A stretch of DNA of 64,000 bases. Source: Acidobacteriaceae bacterium (GTDB lineage: Bacteria; Acidobacteriota; Terriglobia; Terriglobales; Acidobacteriaceae). Under the pieces are notes generated by a model. It saw only the letters and a program-made list of their open reading frames with translations, made no database searches and was not told where the DNA came from. The stretch is from NCBI GenBank assembly GCA_013361705.1, contig JABFXN010000117.1:3022-67021 (forward strand), in the 5' to 3' direction. The position numbers were made by a program, and so were the translations under genes. Positions 47,437-55,948 of the stretch are shown piece after piece (the stretch's first letter is position 1; each line of letters begins with the position of its first letter).

Positions 47437-49887
47437 ATGGCCACCCTCTCCACCCATCCCATTTCGCAGACAACGCTGCATGATATGCATCCCGGTTTCC
47501 CCGCACCTGCCTCGGAAACCGCAGTCATGCACGTGCGCAAGCGCAACGGCTCGCTGGAGCCGGTCGACGTCAACAAGATCGTGCGCGCGGTACAGCGCTG
47601 CGCCCAGGGACTGAATGGAGTCGATGCAATCCGTGTCGCATCGAAGACCATCGGCGGTCTGTACGATGGAGCAACCACACGGGAGCTGGATAAGATCTCC
47701 ATCGATACAGCCGCTGCGCTGATCGCCGAGGAGCCGCAGTACTCGCGCCTGGCAGCTCGCCTGCTGCTGGCCACGATTCACAAGGAAGTCGCCAACCAGA
47801 ATCTGCACTCGTTCTCGCAGTCCATTGCTTATGGAAACGCCGAGGGCGTAGTGAACAAGGCGGTTGCCGAGTTCGTGAATACGCATGCGCGCAAACTGAA
47901 CCACGCCATCGGCGATGAGTTCAGCGACCGCTTTGAGTACTTCGGCCTGCGCACCGTGTATGACCGCTATCTGCTGCGCGATCCAATCTCGCGCAGCGTT
48001 ATCGAAACACCGCAGTACTTCTTCCTGCGCGTCTCCTGCGGCCTTGCCGGCACACCGGCTGAGGCGATCGAGTTCTATCGCCTGATTGCATCGCACGAGT
48101 ACATGCCCTCTTCGCCGACGCTGTTCAACTCCGGCACCAAGCATCCTCAAATGTCGAGCTGCTACCTGCACGACTCTCCGTCGGACTCGCTGGAGTCGAT
48201 CTACGACGCCTATAAATCAGTCGCCATGCTCTCGAAGTTCTCAGGCGGTATCGGCCTCGCCTTCCACCGCGTCCGCAGCGAGGGCTCGCTGATCCGCGCT
48301 ACCAACGGCCTGAGCAATGGCATTGTGCCATGGCTGCGCACGCTGGACTCCTCCGTCGCCGCGGTTAACCAGGGCGGCAAGCGTAAGGGGGCCTGCTGCG
48401 TCTATCTGGAGCCCTGGCACGCCGACATCGAACAGTTCCTGGAGCTGCGCGACAACACTGGCGACCACGCCCGCCGTACCTACAATCTGAATACCGCCAA
48501 CTGGATCCCCGATCTCTTCATGGAGCGCGTGGATGCCGACGGCATGTGGTCGCTCTTCGATCCGAAGGATGTTCCGCAACTTCCCGACACCTTCGGCGAC
48601 GCCTTCAAGGCTGCTTACGAGCAAGCCGAGGCAGACCAGAAGTACCGCCGTCAGGTAAAGGCTCGCGATCTCTATGCCCGCATGATGCGCACGCTGGCTG
48701 AGACCGGCAATGGCTGGATGACCTTCAAGGACGCCTGCAATCTGAAGTGCAACCAGACCGGCGTCCCAGGCAACACCGTGCATCTCTCAAACCTGTGCAC
48801 CGAGATCACCGAGGTCAGCAGCAAGGACGAAACAGCGGTTTGCAACCTCGGCTCCATCAACCTGGCGCTGTACCTTACCCCTGAGGGGAAGTTCGACTTC
48901 GCCAAGCTGGCTGAGACCGTTCGCATCGCCGTACCGATGCTCGATCGCGTGATCGACATCAACTACTACCCTGTCGAGCCGGCGGCGAAGTCCAACTCCA
49001 AATGGCGCCCAGTAGGCCTGGGTCTGATGGGACTGCAGGATGTCTTCTTCCAGATGAAGATCGCCTTTGACTCACCCGAGGCTCGTGAGCTTTCGCGCAA
49101 GATTCAGGAAGAGATCTACTATCACGCTCTCGTAGCCAGCAATCAGCTCGCCGAGCGGTACGGCGCTCACGAGACCTTCGCACAGAGCCGTCTCGCCGAG
49201 GGCAAGCTGCAGTTCGACCTCTGGAACATCGTTCCGGAAGATACCGCCCGCTGGGACGCGCTGCGTGAACGCATCAAGCAGTTCGGTGTTCGCAACTCGC
49301 TCCTCATCGCCATCGCTCCGACGGCCACCATCGCATCGATCGTCGGTTGCTACGAGTGCATCGAGCCCCAGATCTCCAACCTCTTCAAGCGCGAGACACT
49401 GTCGGGCGAGTTCCTGCAGGTGAACAAATACCTGGTCAACGATCTGAAGGAACGCGGCCTCTGGAACGAGGATATGCGCCAACGCCTGAAGCTGAGCGAA
49501 GGTTCCGTGCAGGGTATTGACGAGCTGCCGGACGATCTGAAGCTGGTCTATCGCACTGTGTGGGAGATCCCCATGCGCTCGCTGATCGATATGGCGCGCG
49601 ATCGCGGAGCCTATATCGACCAGTCGCAGAGCCTGAATCTCTTCGCCGAGAGCCCGAACATTGGCAAGCTGTCGTCGATGTACATGTACGCCTGGAAGAA
49701 CGGCATCAAGACCACCTACTACCTGCGCTCGCGGCCGGCGACACGCATTGCCAAGACCACCATCCAGGGCTCCAGCGCGCGGCAGACTGCTCCGGCAGCT
49801 GCTCCCGCCGCCACCACGACCTATACGCCCTCTGAGGCAATCGCCTGCTCGCTCGAGAATCCCGAGAGCTGCGAAGCCTGCCAGTAA
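47437..49887 (+). CDS. nrdA: Ribonucleoside-diphosphate reductase, alpha subunit (class I, with one ATP-cone)
   Basis: ATP-cone VRKRNGSLEPVDVNKI, catalytic blocks (SSCYL, NLCTEI, PTATIA) and a C-terminal CxxC tail (ESCEACQ). Confidence 0.95.
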   Translation: MATLSTHPISQTTLHDMHPGFPAPASETAVMHVRKRNGSLEPVDVNKIVRAVQRCAQGLNGVDAIRVASKTIGGLYDGATTRELDKISIDTAAALIAEEPQYSRLAARLLLATIHKEVANQNLHSFSQSIAYGNAEGVVNKAVAEFVNTHARKLNHAIGDEFSDRFEYFGLRTVYDRYLLRDPISRSVIETPQYFFLRVSCGLAGTPAEAIEFYRLIASHEYMPSSPTLFNSGTKHPQMSSCYLHDSPSDSLESIYDAYKSVAMLSKFSGGIGLAFHRVRSEGSLIRATNGLSNGIVPWLRTLDSSVAAVNQGGKRKGACCVYLEPWHADIEQFLELRDNTGDHARRTYNLNTANWIPDLFMERVDADGMWSLFDPKDVPQLPDTFGDAFKAAYEQAEADQKYRRQVKARDLYARMMRTLAETGNGWMTFKDACNLKCNQTGVPGNTVHLSNLCTEITEVSSKDETAVCNLGSINLALYLTPEGKFDFAKLAETVRIAVPMLDRVIDINYYPVEPAAKSNSKWRPVGLGLMGLQDVFFQMKIAFDSPEARELSRKIQEEIYYHALVASNQLAERYGAHETFAQSRLAEGKLQFDLWNIVPEDTARWDALRERIKQFGVRNSLLIAIAPTATIASIVGCYECIEPQISNLFKRETLSGEFLQVNKYLVNDLKERGLWNEDMRQRLKLSEGSVQGIDELPDDLKLVYRTVWEIPMRSLIDMARDRGAYIDQSQSLNLFAESPNIGKLSSMYMYAWKNGIKTTYYLRSRPATRIAKTTIQGSSARQTAPAAAPAATTTYTPSEAIACSLENPESCEACQ

Positions 49888-49955
49888 CCCAATCCATCCA
49901 GCCAGTCCTTCTCTGATACAGGAAGGACTGGCCCTGTACTCGAAGGAGCCTACCT

Positions 49956-50993
49956 ATGTCTTCGTCTACGTCTTCCGTTGAAGTTCCCGAGCATATCCTC
50001 GATCCCGGTCTCTGCCTGACCCTGCGCCCCATGCGCTATCCGGTCTTCTACGACATGTTCCGCGACGGCATCAAGAACACCTGGACCGTGGAAGAGGTCG
50101 ACTTCTCCACCGACCTGGTCGATCTGCGCAGCAAGCTCTCCCCGGCCGAAATTCACCTCATCCAGCGTCTCGTGGCCTTCTTCGCGACCGGTGACGCCAT
50201 CGTCTCCAACAACCTGGTGCTGAATCTCTACAAACACATCAACTCCCCTGAAGCTCGTCTCTATCTCTCGCGCCAGTTGTTTGAAGAGGCCGTGCACGTG
50301 CAGTTCTACCTCACGTTGCTGGACAACTACATCCCTGACCCAGACGAGCGCGCCGCCGCCTTCGCCGCCGTGGAGAACATTCCTTCCATTCACAAGAAGG
50401 CCGATTTCTGCATGCGCTGGATGGACTCCATTCAGAAACTCGATCACCTGGAGACCATGCAGCATCGCCGCCAGTTCCTGCTGAACCTGATCTGCTTCGC
50501 CTCCTGCATTGAAGGTCTGTTCTTCTTCGCGGCCTTCGCCTATGTCTACTTCTTGCGCTCCAAGGGCCTGCTGCACGGCCTTGCATCGGGAACGAACTGG
50601 GTCTTCCGCGATGAGAGCGCACACCTCGAGTTCGCCTTCGAGGTTGTCAACGTCGTCCGCAACCAGCAGCCGGATCTCTGGGATGCACAACTAGAGTTGG
50701 ACATCGTCGAGATGCTGAAGGACGCGGTCAACTCTGAGCTGCAGTTCGCAGAAGATCTGCTCTCCGGCGGTGTTGCCGGACTGAGCGTACGCGATATGCG
50801 CCAGTACCTCGAGTACGTCGCCGACTCACGCGTCGCCCGTCTGGGGATGAAGCCGATCTTCGGCAGCAGGAACCCGTTCGCCTTCATGGAGCTGCAGGAC
50901 GTGCAGGAGCTGACCAACTTCTTCGAACGCCGCGTCTCCGCTTATCAGGTCGCGGTAGCAGGAGAGGTGGACTTCAGCCATGAGGATTTCTAA
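49956..50993 (+). CDS. nrdB: Ribonucleoside-diphosphate reductase, beta subunit
   Basis: Di-metal ligand motifs EEAVHVQFY (Tyr at +7 from Glu, the position of the radical Tyr) and DESAHLEF. Confidence 0.95.
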   Translation: MSSSTSSVEVPEHILDPGLCLTLRPMRYPVFYDMFRDGIKNTWTVEEVDFSTDLVDLRSKLSPAEIHLIQRLVAFFATGDAIVSNNLVLNLYKHINSPEARLYLSRQLFEEAVHVQFYLTLLDNYIPDPDERAAAFAAVENIPSIHKKADFCMRWMDSIQKLDHLETMQHRRQFLLNLICFASCIEGLFFFAAFAYVYFLRSKGLLHGLASGTNWVFRDESAHLEFAFEVVNVVRNQQPDLWDAQLELDIVEMLKDAVNSELQFAEDLLSGGVAGLSVRDMRQYLEYVADSRVARLGMKPIFGSRNPFAFMELQDVQELTNFFERRVSAYQVAVAGEVDFSHEDF

Positions 50994-50998
50994 AACTG

Positions 50999-51127
50999 GT
51001 TGAATTGTTGAATGGTTGAATCGCAGGCCCTCTCGAACGAGAGGGCCTTTCTACTTAGGCCTTTATTTATATCCGCATGTGGCTGGGTGCGGAGCCCGCC
51101 ACAATCAGACCATTCGACTATTCAACC
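50999..51127. repeat. R3 TTGAAT octamer arms flanking the nrdB terminator hairpin
   Basis: GGTTGAATTGTTGAATGGTTGAAT (50999-51022), terminator AGGCCCTCTCG-AAC-GAGAGGGCCT (about 51025-51048), and a distal inverted arm CATTCGACTATTCAACC (51111-51127). Confidence 0.7.
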
Positions 51128-51153
51128 GCGCTCCGCGCGAAGGTCCCATGTTT

Positions 51154-51555
51154 CTAAAAGAAGAGTTCTGGGGAGACGTGAAACCGTTCGCTCAAGCGGC
51201 GAATCTGTTCTTTATTCAATTCGCGTTTGCCGCTTAAAACTTCTGAGACGATACTCGCAGTTCCGAAAACATCAACTAGGTCTTTCTGCAGCAGACCATG
51301 CTGTTCCATCAGAAACTGAATCGCCTCTACCGGTGACCCCTTTGGCAAGGCATAGTGCTTCTCTTCGAAGTCTTCGACGAGCAATGTCAAGAGGTCGGCA
51401 AGCTCACGTTCCTCAGCGGTCCATTTCTCAGAGCGCTGATCAAGCTCGTAGAGGGCGCCTGTAAAGAATGCATGCTCCTCTTCTGTGCGGATAACACGAG
51501 GCGGAATCTTAGCTAACAGTGCTGTATACGCGGGCGTTACTGCGATCGCGCTCAT
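51154..51555 (-). CDS. higA: HigA-type antitoxin (XRE HTH, COG5499-like)
   Basis: The C-terminal HTH QKDLVDVFGTASIVSEVLSGKRELNKEQIRRLSERFHVSPELF is typical. The start ATG overlaps the higB stop (ATGA at 51552-51555). Confidence 0.8.
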   Translation of the reverse strand: MSAIAVTPAYTALLAKIPPRVIRTEEEHAFFTGALYELDQRSEKWTAEERELADLLTLLVEDFEEKHYALPKGSPVEAIQFLMEQHGLLQKDLVDVFGTASIVSEVLSGKRELNKEQIRRLSERFHVSPELFF

Positions 51556-51839
51556 GATTTCCACCCTCCCCGGTCATACTCCGCATGTGTGAGCACATAG
51601 CGAATGTAAATACGGCCCGCCCGGTAGTTGATCTCCGTTATCAGTCGAAACTGATTCCCTTTGATGTTGAAGATGGTGTACTTTCCAACACCATCTGCAG
51701 AAGGGAATGATTTCCTAACCTCGTCCAGAGATTGCCACTCCGCGCGTTTGGCAATGCGATACCAGACATCCAGCGATGCGCCAAGCCCAGCGTGCGTGGT
51801 CGAAGCTTCCAACAATGTCCGCCGGGTGATGACGTGCAT
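51552..51839 (-). CDS. higB: HigB-type mRNA interferase toxin
   Basis: 95 aa. MHVITRRTLLE...VWYRIAKRAEWQSLDEVRKSFPSADGVGKYTIFNIKGNQFRLIT.INY....IYIRYVLTHAEYD matches the HigB_toxin family pattern. Gene order is toxin first, and the locus is low in GC. Confidence 0.8.
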   Translation of the reverse strand: MHVITRRTLLEASTTHAGLGASLDVWYRIAKRAEWQSLDEVRKSFPSADGVGKYTIFNIKGNQFRLITEINYRAGRIYIRYVLTHAEYDRGGWKS

Positions 51840-51889
51840 GCTTATGTTTGATTAGATTCGCAATTTGCGAACTTCGCAAGCGATTTTCC

Positions 51890-53062
51890 ATGTACACTTC
51901 CGCCATCACCGCTATGTCGAGCCTTCAGGACACTCTTATCCTCGAACAACAGATCGCGCGCCTGCAGGCGCTGCTCGAGGCCACGCGTCAGGTGCACTCC
52001 ACCATCCAGGCGAGTGAGGTGCTGCAGCAGACCGCGCGTATCGTGGTGCGTGAACTCGAGATGGAAGGAGCAGTTTTCCTGGCGCCGGACGGCACAGCGA
52101 TGGCCAGCTACGGTGAAGCTCCTGAATTGCCTTTCGATGGCTGTTCTCGGTTCGCCCTGCTCTCGAAGGAAGGCGCCAGCCTGGCTACGCTGATCGTCGC
52201 CACGCCGCAGAATGCGGATCTCTCGCTGTACGAGCAGGACTTCCTCGAAGGCCTGGTGCTGCAGACCGCCGTTGCGCTGGAAAATGCGACCTTTCACGAA
52301 CGCAATCTGCAGTGGGCTCGCGTGCAACAGGACCTGGACGCCGCACGGCAGATCCAGCGCTCGCTGCTTCCCAAGGCCATGCCGCAGATTCCTGGCTTCA
52401 CCATCGCCGCGCGTTCCACCACCTGCTACGAGGTTGGCGGCGATTATTTGGACACCATCGAGCTCCCCGACGGATCGCACCTGATGGTGGTTGCCGATGT
52501 CGCCGGCAAAGGCCTGGCCTCTGCCATCGTCGCCACCAGCTTCCGTGCCGCCTTCCGGTCGCTGGCCAGCCGCGCAGTGTCTCTCGCCGAAATGGCGGCA
52601 CAGGTAGGCCAGCAGCACTACGATGAAGGCAGCGAAGCACGACGCCGCTATGTAACGGCAATTCTGTTAAGGCTCGATCCGAGGACCGGCGAGGGAGAGA
52701 TCGTGAACTGCGGTCATAATCCCGGCATTCTTCTGGAGCCGGATGGCAGCCTGCGCATGATCGAGGCCTCCGGACCTCCGCTGGGCATGTTGCCCGGCAT
52801 GACTTATAGGGCGGAACCAATCCACGTTTCCGCAGGTGCTCGCGTGCTGCTTTATACCGATGGCCTGAGCGAGGTCTTCTGCGGGGACGATGAGTTCGGC
52901 AGCGAGCGGCTGGCGGCAGCCTTTCAGCAGCTTGAGACACGCGATCCGGAGGCGATGCTCGATGCAATCTGGGCGACGCTCGCCGCCTTTTCCAACAACG
53001 CACCACCAACCGATGACATGACCGGCCTGGCCCTCTGCCATCTTGAGGCAGCAACCGAATGA
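51890..53062 (+). CDS. GAF-domain PP2C (SpoIIE/RsbU-type) serine phosphatase
   Basis: N-terminal GAF-like region, then AARQIQRSLLP, YEVGGDYLD, VVADVAGKGLASA and LYTDGLSE. I start at 51890. Confidence 0.85.
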   Translation: MYTSAITAMSSLQDTLILEQQIARLQALLEATRQVHSTIQASEVLQQTARIVVRELEMEGAVFLAPDGTAMASYGEAPELPFDGCSRFALLSKEGASLATLIVATPQNADLSLYEQDFLEGLVLQTAVALENATFHERNLQWARVQQDLDAARQIQRSLLPKAMPQIPGFTIAARSTTCYEVGGDYLDTIELPDGSHLMVVADVAGKGLASAIVATSFRAAFRSLASRAVSLAEMAAQVGQQHYDEGSEARRRYVTAILLRLDPRTGEGEIVNCGHNPGILLEPDGSLRMIEASGPPLGMLPGMTYRAEPIHVSAGARVLLYTDGLSEVFCGDDEFGSERLAAAFQQLETRDPEAMLDAIWATLAAFSNNAPPTDDMTGLALCHLEAATE

Positions 53063-53496
53063 AGAACGGAAGCGCCGTCGAAGTAACCCTGCCCTCCGAG
53101 CTCGGCTTTGAAAAAGTAGCCATGAGCACGGCCGCCAGCATGGCCCAGTTGATGGGCTTCAGTCCCGACCGCATTGAAGACCTGAAGACGGCCGTGGCCG
53201 AGGCCTGTATCAATGCGATTGAGCACGGCAACCAGATGGACGACACGCTCTCCGTAGGCGTGATTCTGTCACCCGGCGAAGATCACCTTGAGATCAAGGT
53301 CATCGATGATGGAGCAGGCATCATAGGACAACCGGCTACACCTGATATCGACCGCAAGATGGCCGGCGAAGAGGATCCCCGCGGCATGGGCATCTTTCTG
53401 ATTCAGTCCCTGGTCGATGAGGCCGAATGGCACCAGGGACCTCCGGGAAAGAGCTTCGTACGGCTGGTGATCCGCCTCGACAAGGAGAAGAATTAG
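53059..53496 (+). CDS. RsbW/SpoIIAB-type anti-sigma-factor-like serine kinase (HATPase_c)
   Basis: N-box EACINAIEHGN, G1 VIDDGAGI and G2 GMGIFL. It has an ATGA overlap with the upstream phosphatase. Confidence 0.8.
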   Translation: MKNGSAVEVTLPSELGFEKVAMSTAASMAQLMGFSPDRIEDLKTAVAEACINAIEHGNQMDDTLSVGVILSPGEDHLEIKVIDDGAGIIGQPATPDIDRKMAGEEDPRGMGIFLIQSLVDEAEWHQGPPGKSFVRLVIRLDKEKN

Positions 53497-53498
53497 CA

Positions 53499-53852
53499 AT
53501 GCAGGCCCCGACTAAAGTTGCGACGCGGACAGCGACCGCTGCCTCCGGAGCTCCGGTGACCATCCTCGCCTTTGCAGGCGATATCGCCTCCACTTCCAAG
53601 GAGCCCATCCTTGAGGCGTACGGCGCTACCGACGGGCAGAAGCTTCTGCTCGACTTCTCCGGAACCGAGTATGTGAACTCCTCCGGCATCGCCATCATCA
53701 TTCAGTTATTGCTGGATGCCACTAAGACCGGCGGCCGGACCGTCGGCATCTTCGGCCTGACACCGCACTTTCAGAAGGTCTTTACGATGGTGGGGATCGG
53801 CAAGTACGCCACGCTCTCACCGGATGAAGCAACAGCCCTGGGCTTGCTCTAA
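53499..53852 (+). CDS. STAS-domain anti-anti-sigma factor (RsbV/SpoIIAA-like)
   Basis: LLDFSGTEYVNSSGIAIIIQLL contains the conserved phosphorylatable Ser context. It starts 3 nt after the kinase gene. Confidence 0.8.
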   Translation: MQAPTKVATRTATAASGAPVTILAFAGDIASTSKEPILEAYGATDGQKLLLDFSGTEYVNSSGIAIIIQLLLDATKTGGRTVGIFGLTPHFQKVFTMVGIGKYATLSPDEATALGLL

Positions 53853-53865
53853 GGACTTGACCGAT

Positions 53866-55833
53866 ATGCCGCGCCGATCTCTTCTCGCGATTCTGCTGTT
53901 GCTGAGTATGACGGCGCTGCGCGCACAGACACCTGTTCCAGCACCGGATACCGCCGACCCCGCGCATCTGACGTGGACCGGCATGGACCGGCCGCTGAAC
54001 ATCTCCTCGTTCTGGTTTACCAACTCCACTCAGGATGAACCTGCCTTCGCTCAGCCCGGCTATGACGATTCGCACTGGCGGCCGCGCAAACGTAGTGACA
54101 CGCTACGCTCCTATTGGCAGCGGCCGTCACACGTGGTCTGGTACCGCGCTCATATCGAAGCGCCTCCCGGGACCAAGGATCTTGCCGTCAGCGTCAACGG
54201 CATCCATGGTCCGTTTGAGTTGTATGCAAACGGGCGTCGCGTCGGTGGCGCCGGCAGAATCGGCGATCCGGGAGTCTTTGGCGACATGGTTCCCATCGTC
54301 TATCCGCTGCCCGCAGATATCGCACCGGATGGCCACCTGGTGCTTGCTCTGCGCACCGGCATTCTGTTCACCAAAGATTCGCAACAGGGTGGCCTCAGCA
54401 CCGACTCATCCCTGCTTCTGGGCGCAGCCGCACACATTAACGACACACGTTCCCTCTCCATCTTCGAGAGCCTGGCCAGCAATTACACCAACCTGGTAAT
54501 CGCATGCATCGCCGGTATCGTCGCCCTTGGACTCTATCTCTCAGCGCGTGGACGGGACTACCTCGACCTCACGTTGAGCTACATCACGCTGGCTGTCTAC
54601 AACATGCTCGAGATGTGGGAGTTCACAAGGCCGATTCAGCGCAGCGGCTTCGCCCTGCTGGTCACGGCGCTGCTCGCGACTGCTCCGGTTATCTTCAATC
54701 TTGAGTTCATCCGCCGCATTCTGGGACGGCCGCGATGGAAGCTCTTCGGAATCATCCAGATTCTGCTGCTGGTCAATGGCGTCGTCATACAGAACCTTTT
54801 TGTGCTCGCGCCCCAGATATTTTCTTTCCTGGTCCAGGGGCTCTTCCCTACCGTTCTTGCGATCGGTACCTATGCACTTCTCGACTTCGTGGTTCCGGTG
54901 ATCATCTACCGCGCATGGCGCCATGGAAACCGCGACGCCGGTCTGCTTCTGGTCGCCGTGCTGCCATCGTCCGTGCTGGTTCTTGCCCAGATTTCGCGAA
55001 GCATCCTCATCCTTACGAAGTTAATTGCGAACAGCAACAATCCTCTCGAACGAGTCCCCGGCATCACCTTCAATATCGGTTGGTCTGAAGTCACGTCCTT
55101 CTTCGCCAGCATTGTCCTGCTGCTCTTCATGGTGCTGCGCACCATCCGTCTGGCACGCGAGAAGGCCGAGCTCTCCGCCGAGATTGCAGCCGCGCACAAC
55201 GTACAAACGCTGCTGCTGGCGCGTGCCACGCAACCGACACCGGGATTCGCGGTCGAGACGGCGTACCGTCCGGCTTCAGAGGTCGGCGGCGACTTCTTCC
55301 TGATCTCTCCGGGGCAGGATGGCTCGCTCTTTGCCATCGTCGGCGACGTCTCCGGTAAAGGCATGCAGGCTGCATTGCGTGTTTCGCTGATTCTGGGTGC
55401 GCTGCACCGCGAGAGCTCGCGTGAGCCATCGCTGGTGCTGCAGAACCTGAACAGTGCACTGCTCTCACAAGGTGACATCGGTTTCACCACCGCCTGTGCA
55501 TTGCTGGTGGAAAAAGACGGACGCTTCCGGTACGCAAATGCGGGCCACCTGAATCCCTATCTCGACGGAGAGGAGCTGCCGAGTGCCGGAGCTCTTCCGC
55601 TCGGCATCAGCCCTGAGGCGGAGTACGACACCGAAGAGGGACACTTGGCCACACGGCAACGACTGGTGCTGCTGAGCGATGGCGTGCCGGAGGCGCGTTC
55701 GGCCGCAGGCGATCTCTACGGCTTCGACAAGCTGGTGACGCTGACACGTCTGCCCGCCAACGACATCGCCGAGGTGGCGCACGCTTTTGGGCAGACAGAC
55801 GACATTACCGTGCTGGCGTTGGCGCTGGCCTAG
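53866..55833 (+). CDS. Sensor PP2C phosphatase: signal peptide, about 190-aa extracytoplasmic domain, 7 TM helices, SpoIIE/PP2C domain
   Basis: N-terminus MPRRSLLAILLLLSMTALRAQ, about 7 hydrophobic helices (7TMR-DISM-like layout), then SEVGGDFF, VGDVSGKGMQAA and LLSDGVPEA. Confidence 0.8.
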   Translation: MPRRSLLAILLLLSMTALRAQTPVPAPDTADPAHLTWTGMDRPLNISSFWFTNSTQDEPAFAQPGYDDSHWRPRKRSDTLRSYWQRPSHVVWYRAHIEAPPGTKDLAVSVNGIHGPFELYANGRRVGGAGRIGDPGVFGDMVPIVYPLPADIAPDGHLVLALRTGILFTKDSQQGGLSTDSSLLLGAAAHINDTRSLSIFESLASNYTNLVIACIAGIVALGLYLSARGRDYLDLTLSYITLAVYNMLEMWEFTRPIQRSGFALLVTALLATAPVIFNLEFIRRILGRPRWKLFGIIQILLLVNGVVIQNLFVLAPQIFSFLVQGLFPTVLAIGTYALLDFVVPVIIYRAWRHGNRDAGLLLVAVLPSSVLVLAQISRSILILTKLIANSNNPLERVPGITFNIGWSEVTSFFASIVLLLFMVLRTIRLAREKAELSAEIAAAHNVQTLLLARATQPTPGFAVETAYRPASEVGGDFFLISPGQDGSLFAIVGDVSGKGMQAALRVSLILGALHRESSREPSLVLQNLNSALLSQGDIGFTTACALLVEKDGRFRYANAGHLNPYLDGEELPSAGALPLGISPEAEYDTEEGHLATRQRLVLLSDGVPEARSAAGDLYGFDKLVTLTRLPANDIAEVAHAFGQTDDITVLALALA

Positions 55834-55948
55834 GGTATGTCACTCCCACTCCATTCGACCTACGCTCGAATATCCACCGAAGCCAGATTTCCCGAGGCCT
55901 TCCCGCTCACACATAAACCACGCAATCGCGATAGCATACATAGCTGGT

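Noticed and set aside
47428-48171. 247-aa minus-strand ORF, plus 49950-50690 (246 aa)
   Set aside because: They are antisense to nrdA and nrdB respectively.
51842-53246. 258-aa and 282-aa minus-strand ORFs
   Set aside because: They are antisense to the GAF-PP2C and RsbW-like genes.
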